A stretch of DNA of 64,000 nucleotides from an uncultured Candidatus Saccharibacteria bacterium (lineage in GTDB: Bacteria; Patescibacteriota; Saccharimonadia; Saccharimonadales; Saccharimonadaceae). The notes under the pieces were generated by a model. The model was given only the letters and a program-made list of their open reading frames with translations, was not told the DNA's origin and did no database searches. The stretch is from positions 5,962 through 69,961 of the forward strand of contig CAYSAK010000003.1 in assembly GCA_964429055.1 (NCBI GenBank), read 5' to 3'. The translations under genes and the position numbers were made by a program. Within the stretch, counting starts at the first letter, position 1. Each line of letters opens with the position of its first letter. Below, piece after piece: positions 1 to 10,500 of the stretch.

Positions 1-4
1 TATT

Positions 5-2779
5 TTGCCAGCCGATAAGAATGAGAATCTTGAAGAAGAAAAGAAAGATTCTCCAGTAGAAAATTCCCCAGAAAATACATCTGAAACAAAGGAAGAAGAA
101 GAAATGGCTAAAGCTAAAAAAAGCAAGAAAAAAACAACCAAAAAGAACGGTGGTTTTTTCGCCAATTGGAGTGACAGACGTAAGGCCAAAAAAGAAAAAG
201 AATCTCGTCGCAAGGCCGAAGATTTGGCAACTTTGCCGAAGGATCCAGTCAAGAGATTTTTTGCTCGCCTTCATCCGAAACGTGTTTTTAAATGGTGGTT
301 TTCTTGGCGTGGGCAAAAAGCCATCCTGAAGTTTATTGGTGTTTGTTTCTTGCTCTTAGTGATTTTTATTGGCGGTTTGTTCTTATATTATAAAAAAGAT
401 CTTGACGAAATCCGTCTTGAAGAAATGACCATTTCCGAAACGGTCAACACGTATTTAGATCGTAATGGTGTGGTACTCTGGAAGGATACCGGTAATGAAA
501 ACTATCGATTAGTAATTAGCGAAGAAGATATTCCGGACAATATTAAATGGGCGACTATCGCTATTGAGGATAAGAATTTTTATAACCATATTGGTGTAGA
601 TATTCTTGGCTTAGCTCGTGCAACCTTTATGACTTTGACTGGTAAGCAAGTCCAGGGTGGTTCTACCCTTACTCAGCAGCTTATCAAGCAGGTGTATTTT
701 GCAGACGAGGCGGCTAGCGCCGATCGTGGTGGTCTTTCACGTAAGATTAAGGAGTTGATTTTAGCTATTGAGCTTGAGCGGATGTATTCCAAGGAAGAGA
801 TTCTGACTATGTATCTTAATCAATCACCTTATGGCGGTCGTCGTAATGGTATTGAATCTGCGGCACGGACTTATTTTGGTAAGCCGGCAAAGGAATTAAC
901 ACTGGCTGAAGCGGCACTTCTTGCGGCCATTCCAAATAACCCTGCCGTTTTAAATCCATATAATACTTACGGAAATGAAAACTTGCTTTGGCGTCAACAA
1001 CACACGCTAGATGTAATGGCGGAGATGGGCGTCATTACCAAGGAAGAAGCTGAAGAAGCAAAAGCCGTGCCAATTCTTGATACGATTAAACCGGAATCTA
1101 GCCAATATGCTGACATGAAAGCTCCGCATTTCGTGCTGGAAGTTAAAAAACAATTGGAAGACAAATATGGTATTTCCGTAATGCGCACTGGTGGTTGGAC
1201 GATTAAAACCACGCTTGATTATCGTGCACAACAAATTGCTGAAGATTCTATCGCTATTGGTCGTGATCATTTGTATAAGAATGGTACGGATAATCTGGCG
1301 ATTGTCTCAATTGATGTTGAAACATCTCAAGTTATTGCGATGGTTGGTTCTTCCGATTTCTTTAATCCAACTTATGGTGAGCTTAATGTGACTACAGACG
1401 GTTTTATTGAGCCAGGTTCATCAATTAAGCCAATTCTTGATTACGCACCATTATTCATGAAACGTGAAGGTATTAATTATGGTCCAGGTACTATTCTAAA
1501 AGATGAGAACATCGATAAGATTTATTGTGCTGGTACTGGCGGAAGATGTACTATGACTAATGCAACTAATACTTTCTACGGCAATGTGACAATTCGCTTC
1601 TCGCTTGGTCACTCACTCAATATTGCGGCAGTAAAGGCACTGTATATTAATGGTATTGAAAATTCTCTTGAAATTGCTCACGCGCTAGGTGATGTGACTT
1701 ATTGTAGGGGTTCTAGTAATTATGGTCTTTCTATCGCGATTGGTTCCGGTTGTGGTGTACGTATGGTGGAGCATGCTAACGCCTATGCTTCCCTTGCTCG
1801 TGGTGGTTCATATAAAGATTTAACTTACGTGTTAGAGATTAAAAATTCTGCTGGTGACGTAATTGAAACTTGGACCGATTCTCCAGCTAAGAGTGTAGTA
1901 GATCCGCAAGTAGCATATATGATTTCAAATATTCTAAGTGATCGTGGTGCTCGTTGGTCAAATAGCACAGTTGGTTTTAATATCCCTGACGTTTGGACTG
2001 CCACTAAAACTGGTACTACGACTACGGAAAATTCTTCAGTTGTGAAGGACTCGTTAATTGAGAGTTATTCTACAGCACTTTCTACTTTTGTTTGGAACGG
2101 CAATCATGATGGTAGCGGTTTCCGTAATAGCGGTACTGGTTCAGGTGATCCGGTGCGTTATGTGGTGCACAACTATATGGAACGCGTCCACAAGGAAGTT
2201 TATGAACCGGAGGGCAAATGGCATTATGGCGATCAGCCAGTTCAACCAGCAGGCATGCAACGTTTGACCGTTAATGGTCAAACTGATATTTGGCCAAGCT
2301 GGTATAACGAAAAGAAGAACTCAGGTATCTTTAAAGAAGAGTTAGTCTTTAACCGTTATAATCATTTGCTGGCCGCGGCTTGTACGCCGGAAGCTTACAA
2401 GATTAGTATTGAGGTTACTAAAGTCACTGATCCTATGACTAAAGAAGAAAGTTATAACGTGCCAGAGCCATATAATCGTGAAGTAAATGATGATTGTAAG
2501 TATGTTCCACCTTCAGTTTCGGTTTCGGTTAATAGTAGTGGTACAATTTTTGCCACGATTCGTGAAGGAAGTGAGAGTATTTATGGTTATTCGTTATTCA
2601 TTGATGGCGAAGAACAAAGTGGTATTTCGATTAGTGCCAGTGGTATAGTGAGTGGTTACAAAATTGAAGGTTGGGAGTCATCAGTTAAGATAATGGTTAG
2701 TGATAAGGCTGGTTACACAGCAGTTTCAGAAATTACCCTTACTCCAACCAAGCCGAAGATTGACGACAACGGTTCTTAG
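5..2779 (+). CDS. Class A penicillin-binding protein (bifunctional GT51 glycosyltransferase/transpeptidase) with a ~230-aa C-terminal extension
   Basis: 924-aa ORF. Lys-rich N-terminus, one TM helix (ILKFIGVCFLLLVIFIGGLFLYY), GT51 motifs EDKNFYNHIGVD, GGSTLTQQL and RKIKE, and transpeptidase SxxK (GSSIKP). The ORF opens with TTG at the window edge. An in-frame ATG at 104 is an alternative start, and the true 5' end may lie upstream. Confidence 0.9.
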   Translation: MPADKNENLEEEKKDSPVENSPENTSETKEEEEMAKAKKSKKKTTKKNGGFFANWSDRRKAKKEKESRRKAEDLATLPKDPVKRFFARLHPKRVFKWWFSWRGQKAILKFIGVCFLLLVIFIGGLFLYYKKDLDEIRLEEMTISETVNTYLDRNGVVLWKDTGNENYRLVISEEDIPDNIKWATIAIEDKNFYNHIGVDILGLARATFMTLTGKQVQGGSTLTQQLIKQVYFADEAASADRGGLSRKIKELILAIELERMYSKEEILTMYLNQSPYGGRRNGIESAARTYFGKPAKELTLAEAALLAAIPNNPAVLNPYNTYGNENLLWRQQHTLDVMAEMGVITKEEAEEAKAVPILDTIKPESSQYADMKAPHFVLEVKKQLEDKYGISVMRTGGWTIKTTLDYRAQQIAEDSIAIGRDHLYKNGTDNLAIVSIDVETSQVIAMVGSSDFFNPTYGELNVTTDGFIEPGSSIKPILDYAPLFMKREGINYGPGTILKDENIDKIYCAGTGGRCTMTNATNTFYGNVTIRFSLGHSLNIAAVKALYINGIENSLEIAHALGDVTYCRGSSNYGLSIAIGSGCGVRMVEHANAYASLARGGSYKDLTYVLEIKNSAGDVIETWTDSPAKSVVDPQVAYMISNILSDRGARWSNSTVGFNIPDVWTATKTGTTTTENSSVVKDSLIESYSTALSTFVWNGNHDGSGFRNSGTGSGDPVRYVVHNYMERVHKEVYEPEGKWHYGDQPVQPAGMQRLTVNGQTDIWPSWYNEKKNSGIFKEELVFNRYNHLLAAACTPEAYKISIEVTKVTDPMTKEESYNVPEPYNREVNDDCKYVPPSVSVSVNSSGTIFATIREGSESIYGYSLFIDGEEQSGISISASGIVSGYKIEGWESSVKIMVSDKAGYTAVSEITLTPTKPKIDDNGS

Positions 2780-2782
2780 TAA

Positions 2783-3469
2783 TTAATTCTTTTTAAGTAG
2801 TTTTGCAAAAATCATTTTGCCAGCGGAAGTTTCGTAGAATTTGACAAATTCGACGATAACTTCTTTCCCTACTTTGTTAGCAGCATTGTCTACTACCACC
2901 ATAGTGCCATTTGCCAAATGGCCGACGCCCTGCCCACGATTGGAACCTTTTTCAGTAATCTTAATCTTGATTTTTTCGCCTGGCAAAAATTCATTTCTTA
3001 CGGCGAGTGCGAGATCGTTGATGTTTAAGGTTTCGATTTTTTCTGCGGCAGCAACTTTGATTAAATTATAGTCTAGGGTTAGAATTGTACCGCGAGTTTC
3101 TTTGGCAATCTTCAAAAGTTCTTCGTCAACCTTTTTATGACCACTTCCGTTGTCTAGTATTTCGGTATTGATATTAATAACTCGCTCAAGTTCAGATACT
3201 ACTTCAAGTCCAGCTCTTGCGCGGTTTCTTTTGTCGGAATCTTTACCGTCGGCTAAAAGCTGTAGTTCGAGTAGCACGCTTTTTAAAATGATTAAATCGC
3301 CATCTAAAAAGCCACTTCTAGCAATGTTTAGGATCCTTCCGTCGATTAGAACTGAAGTATCAACATAAATTTTGCGTTTGCTATTAAAATTTGGTGTAAG
3401 TTTTTTGAACAACAAAATTGTTGTTTCGGCAAAAATGCCTAGTGTAATAAATAAAATAAATAATTCCAT
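2783..3469 (-). CDS. PIN/TRAM domain protein (YacL-like), membrane anchored
   Basis: 228 aa. N-terminal TM helix, PIN-like VDTSVLIDGRI...LLELQ...D core, and a C-terminal TRAM-like beta domain (GQGVGHLANGTMVVVDNA). Confidence 0.7.
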   Translation of the reverse strand: MELFILFITLGIFAETTILLFKKLTPNFNSKRKIYVDTSVLIDGRILNIARSGFLDGDLIILKSVLLELQLLADGKDSDKRNRARAGLEVVSELERVININTEILDNGSGHKKVDEELLKIAKETRGTILTLDYNLIKVAAAEKIETLNINDLALAVRNEFLPGEKIKIKITEKGSNRGQGVGHLANGTMVVVDNAANKVGKEVIVEFVKFYETSAGKMIFAKLLKKN

Positions 3470-3476
3470 GACAAGG

Positions 3477-4649
3477 TTATTTTATCAAATCTTCGCCAAA
3501 TTGCACAGCGTAGTCGTGATTTGCAGTGAGTAGATTGTTGTATTTTGCGACTAACGCGTCTTGCCCAAGTAATTCTGCCACATCGATGGCGATATTGTAG
3601 CGGGAGGCGGCATTTCTTCGAAGCATTTCAAATGGTGTAGTGGTAGAACCTTCTTCGTTGAAACCATGTACGCGCAGTCTTCGTCTTTCAGTATAATTTT
3701 CCAAAATGTTTTCTAAGGTTTCTGGATAGCCGTGGAAGTTAGCGATGATTGGTATATGCTCGTCAAACAATTCGGTAAACTTCTCAGCAGACAGTTTGTT
3801 ATCAGTTGTACCGATGGCACGATAGGACAAAGAATTAATACCAACAAAACGCATTTTGAGTTTTGGTAAATCACTTCGCAAAATTTTGATCGCTTCAATT
3901 GTTTCGTGCGTCACAATATCACCAGCTGCTGTTAGAATAATTTCTGGTTTTTCGTCGGAAATAAACTGATAAATTGAAGCTCCACCATTATCAAAAAGAT
4001 ATTTGGCGTGATGAGAGTCGATATAACGAGGGGACGGGGTTTTATTGAATGTTGTAAGATTTACAACATTCTGCGAATTAAGCATGAATTCAAAGGCCAC
4101 CTCAGCCGCTACGTCATCGACTGGAAAAATGCAGTTGGCTAAGTTTGAAGGCAGTGATAGGAGTGTAGAAATTAGAGCTGGTGATTGGTGTGTGAAACCA
4201 TTATGGTCTTGTCGCCAGCAAGTTGAGGTAGAAAGTAAATTCACAGCTGGCATTGGCTTACGCCAATTGACTGATTTCGATTGCTTAATAAATTTGATTT
4301 GCTGTAATAACTGAGACGTAATGACTGAGAAAAATGCTTCGTAGCTTCCCATCATGGCTGGTTCCCCGTTCATTAGGTGACCGGTCATAGTTGAAAACAA
4401 GACGTTTTCTGATAGCATTTCTATAATTTGACCATCCGGAGCTGATGGTAAGTCCCAAGTTTTAATTGGCAAGTCTCCCCATGCGCGTTTAGCGGTATCA
4501 AAAACCTCAGTGAATTTATTAGAGGTGGTTTCGTCTGGTGAGAAGAAATAAAAATGTTTGTCATTTTTTAATTGTTGCGCTAGAAGGCTTCCGATTTTTT
4601 CGGCTGGTGAATGGTATTCTAGACCGGGGTATTCAACTTTATCAATCAT
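3477..4649 (-). CDS. xfp: Phosphoketolase, C-terminal (PYR + C-terminal domain) subunit
   Basis: 390 aa. Aligns with the middle and C-terminal part of Xfp: FFSPDETTSNK, GSYEAFF, WRQDHNGFTHQSP, HGFNEEGSTTTPFEM. Its ATG overlaps the stop of the upstream half (ATGA at 4646-4649). Confidence 0.85.
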   Translation of the reverse strand: MIDKVEYPGLEYHSPAEKIGSLLAQQLKNDKHFYFFSPDETTSNKFTEVFDTAKRAWGDLPIKTWDLPSAPDGQIIEMLSENVLFSTMTGHLMNGEPAMMGSYEAFFSVITSQLLQQIKFIKQSKSVNWRKPMPAVNLLSTSTCWRQDHNGFTHQSPALISTLLSLPSNLANCIFPVDDVAAEVAFEFMLNSQNVVNLTTFNKTPSPRYIDSHHAKYLFDNGGASIYQFISDEKPEIILTAAGDIVTHETIEAIKILRSDLPKLKMRFVGINSLSYRAIGTTDNKLSAEKFTELFDEHIPIIANFHGYPETLENILENYTERRRLRVHGFNEEGSTTTPFEMLRRNAASRYNIAIDVAELLGQDALVAKYNNLLTANHDYAVQFGEDLIK

Positions 4650-5581
4650 AGAAGGAACCCTTTCTCTTTGTCAAATAGTTTATTAAATTCATAGGACTCT
4701 AACCATTTAGTAAGTTCTTGGAGCTCTTTGACACTGGTGGCTGGTTTCTTCAAAGGGATTTGATGAGCATCGTGGTGTAGATTTGGCCCTGTTTCGCCTT
4801 TGGCGGTTCTTAAAATATAAAATGGCGAGTCAACTTTTTTATTTAAAGCTTTTTGGAAATCTTCAGGATCGCTTCCGTAGATCCAAACTGGCGTAAAGCC
4901 AAATCCGCGAATCAGTTCGTTTAACTCTCTTTCGGATTTTCTAGCGTATAGTGATGGTGCAGAAATCTTATAACCGTTCAAATGAAGGATTGGTAATACG
5001 GTACCGTTTGCTGGACTAGCCATTAGGTTTCTTAGGTTTAAGGAATCTATGGCGGTGGCGGTTTCTAATTCCCCATCACCAATTAATACGGCTAAAGTTT
5101 TTTCTGGATGGCCAAGTGCTACGCCGTAGGCATTAGCTAGAGCATAGCCAAGTTCACCACCTTCAGTAATAACGCCTGGTGTGATTGGACTAGCGTGTGA
5201 CGGAAAGCCGTCTGGCCACGAAAAATGACGACAAATATACTTAATGCCCTCATAATTTGGTTTGGCTTTTTCGTCGATTTCAGCGAGTTTGCCGTCAATG
5301 AATAGATTTGCTTGTAAAGCCGGGAAGCCGTGCCCAGGTCCTAGGATGAAAGTGAATTCTTTTTGGTTATCAAAATAGTATTTTAGGTTCGCATAAGTGA
5401 CATTGATGCCATGGCAAGTGCCCCAATGTCCAAGTAAGCGTGGTTTAATATCGCTGTGTGATAGTCTTCGTTCAAGTAGGAAGTTATTCTGTAAGAAAAT
5501 TTGAGCGACTGATAAATAATCGCATGCCCGAATGCGTTTTCTGATTTTTTCTAAAGTGGCATAATCTACTTGCCCACTCAT
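4646..5581 (-). CDS. xfp: Phosphoketolase, N-terminal (TPP/PP domain) subunit
   Basis: Xfp N-terminal motifs GHWGTCHG, GPGHG, EGGELGYAL, GDGELET...LPILHLNGYKI. The ORF track starts at 5626 but overlaps the uvrB 3' end, so the internal ATG at 5581 (MSGQVDY) is preferred. Confidence 0.85.
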   Translation of the reverse strand: MSGQVDYATLEKIRKRIRACDYLSVAQIFLQNNFLLERRLSHSDIKPRLLGHWGTCHGINVTYANLKYYFDNQKEFTFILGPGHGFPALQANLFIDGKLAEIDEKAKPNYEGIKYICRHFSWPDGFPSHASPITPGVITEGGELGYALANAYGVALGHPEKTLAVLIGDGELETATAIDSLNLRNLMASPANGTVLPILHLNGYKISAPSLYARKSERELNELIRGFGFTPVWIYGSDPEDFQKALNKKVDSPFYILRTAKGETGPNLHHDAHQIPLKKPATSVKELQELTKWLESYEFNKLFDKEKGFLL

Positions 5582-5591
5582 TACATATTTA

Positions 5592-7559
5592 TTATAGCAT
5601 AAACTCTTTGATTTTGGCGATTTCATCGCGAAGTAAAGCAGCTTTTTCGAATTCGAGGTTGGCGGCAGCGAGTTGCATCTCGGACGACAACTGTTTTACT
5701 AGGTTTGGTAGTTCATCTTTTGGAATTTTTTTAATATTTAATTTGCTCTCAACTTCTTTTTCTGGAATAATTGCTCGAAGTCCGAGCGAAACCTCTTTTT
5801 TAATGGAGGTTGGCGTGATATTGTGCTCAGCATTGTATTGTTTTTGGATTTCGCGACGGCGATTAGTTTCGGAAATGGCTTTTTCCATACTTTCGGTGAT
5901 GAAGTTGGCGTACATGATGACTTTACCTTCTACGTGTCTAGCGGCACGACCAATTGTCTGAATGAGAGCTGATTCACTACGTAAGAACCCTTCTTTGTCC
6001 GCATCAAGGATGGCTACCAAGGATACTTCTGGAAGATCTAGGCCCTCACGAAGAAGGTTAATGCCTACTAGTACATCATAGACACCTTCGCGTAAATCTC
6101 TTAGAATATCGCTTCTTTCCAAGGTGTCTACGTCGGAATGAATGTAGGCCGTCTTAACACCGCGTTCTTTCAAATGGTCGGTTAAATCTTCTGCCATTCG
6201 TTTGGTAAGAGTCGTAATTAGCGTGCGTTGACCTTTGGCAATGCGTTTGTCAATTTCCTCCATTAAATCGTCGATTTGCCCGTCTGAACTTCGTACTTCG
6301 ACTTCTGGGTCGAGTAAACCAGTTGGGCGAATGACTTGCTCGGCTGGTTCTGGTGAGTGTTCTAATTCATATTCGCCTGGCGTGGCGGACACATAAATAG
6401 CTTGGTTCACGCGTTTTTGAAACTCGCCATAAGTTAATGGCCGGTTATCTAGTGCTGAAGGTAGTCTAAAGCCATAGTCGACTAGGGTTACTTTTCTGGC
6501 GTGGTCACCATTATACATGCCGCGAACTTGTGGTAAGGTCATGTGCGATTCATCCACGATCAAAAGGTAATCGTCTGGGAAGAAGTCGAGCAGGGTGGAA
6601 GGCGGTTCATCGGCTTTTCTTCCTTCTAGGTGTCTGGAATAGTTTTCAATTCCTTTTACAAAACCGGTGCTTTCGAGCATTTCGAGATCATATTTGGTGC
6701 GTTGGGATAATCTTTCGGCCTCTAGATATTTTTCATGTTCTTTAAAATAAGCCAATCGTTCATTAAATTCTGCGCGAATAGCATCAAGCGCTCTTTTTAG
6801 TTGATCTTTTGGCGTGGCATAATGCGTGTTTGGAAAAATGTGCACTTTTTCTGGTTTTTCGCGCGTTTCAAAAGTCAAAGGATCGACGATTTTGATTTCT
6901 TCTAGAGTATCAAATCCGAATTCAAAGCGGTAGGCAAATTCACCATTGGCTGGATACAGATCAATAGTGTCGCCCATTACGCGAAAATTGCCACGTTCAA
7001 ATGCAAGATCATTGCGGTGGTACTGAATGTTAACTAGTTTGCGAATAAAATCTAGTTGCGAAATGTTTTCGTAGCGTTTTATTTCGAAGGACATTTCTAA
7101 GTAGTTTTCTGGTGAGCCAATACCGTAGATGCAGGATACTGAGGCGACTACGATGACGTCATTTCGCGAAAGTAGGGCTTCCGTGGTGCCATGGCGCAGG
7201 CGGTCGATTTCGTCATTAATAGCAGAATCTTTTTCAATATAAGTGTCGGTTGAGGCGATGTATGCTTCTGGTTGGTAATAATCAAAATAAGATACAAAAT
7301 AATGGACTTCGTTTTCCGGGAAAAACTCTCTAAATTCGGAATATAGTTGAGCGGCTAAAGTTTTGTTGTGAGCGAGGACCAGGGTTGGTTTTTGTACATT
7401 CTTTATAATATTAGCCATAGTAAAAGTTTTACCAGAGCCAGTTACGCCAAGTAAGGTCTGTTCTTTTACACCTGCTAAAACGCCGTCCGTAAGCTGTTTG
7501 ATAGCTCTTGGTTGATCACCAGTCGGTTGGTATTTAGACACTAATTTGAATTTTGTCAT
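5592..7559 (-). CDS. uvrB: Excinuclease ABC subunit B
   Basis: 655 aa. Walker A GVTGSGKTFTMAN, DESH box (VDESHMTLPQ), helicase motifs, and a C-terminal UVR domain (LEFEKAALLRDEI). Confidence 0.97.
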   Translation of the reverse strand: MTKFKLVSKYQPTGDQPRAIKQLTDGVLAGVKEQTLLGVTGSGKTFTMANIIKNVQKPTLVLAHNKTLAAQLYSEFREFFPENEVHYFVSYFDYYQPEAYIASTDTYIEKDSAINDEIDRLRHGTTEALLSRNDVIVVASVSCIYGIGSPENYLEMSFEIKRYENISQLDFIRKLVNIQYHRNDLAFERGNFRVMGDTIDLYPANGEFAYRFEFGFDTLEEIKIVDPLTFETREKPEKVHIFPNTHYATPKDQLKRALDAIRAEFNERLAYFKEHEKYLEAERLSQRTKYDLEMLESTGFVKGIENYSRHLEGRKADEPPSTLLDFFPDDYLLIVDESHMTLPQVRGMYNGDHARKVTLVDYGFRLPSALDNRPLTYGEFQKRVNQAIYVSATPGEYELEHSPEPAEQVIRPTGLLDPEVEVRSSDGQIDDLMEEIDKRIAKGQRTLITTLTKRMAEDLTDHLKERGVKTAYIHSDVDTLERSDILRDLREGVYDVLVGINLLREGLDLPEVSLVAILDADKEGFLRSESALIQTIGRAARHVEGKVIMYANFITESMEKAISETNRRREIQKQYNAEHNITPTSIKKEVSLGLRAIIPEKEVESKLNIKKIPKDELPNLVKQLSSEMQLAAANLEFEKAALLRDEIAKIKEFML

Positions 7560-7561
7560 AT

Positions 7562-10500
7562 CTATGACCCTTCTTCGTCTTTTTTGTTCTTAGCAATGAC
7601 ATAAGAAACTGCTGCTCCAGAAGCAACTGCGGTTGCGGTAACGACGGCTAACTCAGCGGCGGATAATGATTGCGTTTCACTAACACTGAAATCATCTTCG
7701 ATGGATGTTTCATATACGCCAAGGGGTGCAGCGTAACCGTCATTAACACTGGTATCTTTAGAGATCGTTGACTTTTTACTGTCGGAGCTGCTAGGTGTAC
7801 TGAGACTTTGCTGTGGATTATTTGCCGGTGCTGGTGAAGGCGACGAAATCTGAGTGGTCATTGCCGACTTAAATGACGCAATCAATGAAGAACTAGCGTT
7901 TGGATTTTGCATATACCACGCTAAGATATCAGCATTAGTTTTTAAATATCCTAGCATGTAGACGAATTTCAAGTTATTGGAGCTACTCTTTTCCTTATAG
8001 TACCTTGTTCTATCAAATAAACCAGAGAGGTGTGTAAGTGAGTATTCTTGATATCTTTCTTCATCTGGCACACCAAGAAGACCTTCGAGAAGATATGCTA
8101 CGGTGCCAGTCCGGTCAGCGCCTACACGGCAGTGGAAGTAGATATTTTGAGGATTGTTAGCGTTAGTAACGTCCTCCATAATATCTGTCACCACATTCCA
8201 GGCTTTCATATAGTTAGAATTAGGATTATTCTCATCGCCAGAATTATAATTAAAGTTATAATGAATCACTTGGCTATACTCGTAATTTGAAAGATGCGTA
8301 TCACTTGCATATTCGTCACCAACATTGTACTCTTTGGTAATTCCAAGATTGGTTAGTTTTGTCGCAGATTCAGTACCTAGCTTCTCACCACGGAACAATT
8401 TACCATATTTAACATAAGCATCCACCGTTCCATCGCCATCCGTATCGGCTGGCAAACCACCAAGATCACGCACATTTCTGATTGTGCCGGCGTCAACCCA
8501 ACGGGTGCCATAATCCGAGTTATTAGATGTGACTGTAACATAACCATAAACCGTGTTATCGCCATCTTTCACCCATTTGTAAGTATTTCCAGGAATTAGA
8601 TTGCGAATAATACCATCAGAAGCCTCTGCATAAGACACTTGTGCACCCAGAGTTTGGTTGTTATATAAGTATACATTAAGCGGAGCACCGATTAAAGTAT
8701 CATACACATCTGGTTTTGAGCAGTCTACCGAACCATTCGCCCAGGCTGTCGGGTTTGGCGTTGTAGTTGCCGCATCACCATAACTTGGTACTTTACAATC
8801 ATTAGTCTCAAAGTTATTTTTTAAAGTGGTCCAGAATTGCGCCTCAGAAAGCTCGCTCGTATTGCCCCAAGTCGAGTTATTAATTGGCGATGCCGTATTA
8901 AAGGTCGTAATATTCACCGGGCTTTGCACCCATTGATTAATTATTGTCTTATAGCCACGCGTCGCATTATTTGATACATCGAACGGCACCGGCGTGTCCG
9001 AAGAGCTATAAGTCCAATGTGCAGTTAGAACTACATTACCGGTTGGAATATACTGTGTACCATCGCTAACCAAAGTATTCCCATCATACCATCCAGCAAA
9101 GGTATAATTAGCGCTCGGTGCAGTCGGAGTCGGTAAAGCACCTACTGGATCACCAATTGTAATGGTGTAATTACTTTGGGCGTTGGCTGGCAATTCCCCG
9201 CCATCAACTTCAAGATCTACTGTATATTCAGTCGGAGCACCAAGTTTAACATACATGTCAGTTATTTTAGCAATTGACTGCCTTTGTGGAGTCTTATTAG
9301 ATTTAGCCGATGCGCCAAACCAAACTGTATGATCAAAGTTTTGCGCTGTCAAGCTATTGGTATCCTGAAGGGTTATCAAATTGCCACCATTAATACTATA
9401 CTTGATTACTCCGCTTTGTCTAACAACTACAACTCGCTTCACTGATGATGCGAGAATCGAGTGATCAGAAGCTTTCGTCCCGTTCATACTATGCGTAAAC
9501 TCAATATAATTCGTTTCATCATATCTACGTACAGCCAGACCTGGCCAGTTCGTTCCATTTTCGTACTTGTCCTGCATCATCGTCATCTGTCTAATACTGT
9601 CAAAATCAAAGTCTACAATTGTAAAGCCAATTTCATAGTCACTGTTATAGTTCGCAGCCGTATAAAGCGATACACCAGTATCTATATAAGTTTTAGTTTT
9701 ATCAATAGAAGTATTATTAACTTCGTCTTTCAAACAATAGTCACCAGTAATCGCTGAAGTCCCATTAAACTGACAAGCGTTAATTTCGGCAAATACAATT
9801 GGGAAGCTGCTAATATCTTCTACCCACCTTGCATAATAAGTCACATTATTATTTACGACCGTCGACGGATCAACTTCTTCATAGAAAGTCCCATCATCCG
9901 TGTACCAACCGAAGAACCTGTAATTTGTCTTAGAAGCAGTCGGGAGAGATCCTACTGCACTACCACTATCTACATCTCTAGTGCTGGAAGCATTATTGTC
10001 TAAAGTGCCACCATTAGTATTAAATGTTACTCTATACTGCACCACCACTGCTGGTGTTACCTCGACCTCAATCGTCTTGGTTAGATTAGATTGTGAACCA
10101 GTCATAATAATATTTACAGTACCAGCATTTACACCAGTTACGACACCGGTCGAAGCGTCTACGGTCGCAATCGATGTATCGTTAGAACTGAAAGTGTAAG
10201 ACTCTAATGCAGATGAATTAGATATACCAATCGTAACACTTTCGCCAGCTGGAACAGTTAAATCATTATCGGCAATCACTGCCTGAGTCACATCCAACTT
10301 CCATTCTGCATATACGGTCATATTGCCAGTTGGTTCGGTCGCGCTCGTTACGGTGTTACCGGTAGCAGAATCATACCACCTTTGGAATACATGATTTGCC
10401 CAAGTAGGATTATTGACTGGCATTTGTCCACCAATTGTATTACCAACCAGTACATCAGCATAAGATGTGTTCTCGCCATTCTGCGGGTCAAAAGTTATGC

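Noticed and set aside
4640-4655. Annotating the phosphoketolase halves as a frameshifted pseudogene
   Set aside because: Both halves are intact and motif-complete. The break lies in the inter-domain linker, and the junction is a clean ATGA start/stop overlap. A sequencing error or recent frameshift cannot be excluded without reads, so the pair is reported as a split gene with that caveat.
5608-5961. 117-aa plus-strand ORF
   Set aside because: It is antisense to the conserved C-terminal UVR domain region of uvrB.
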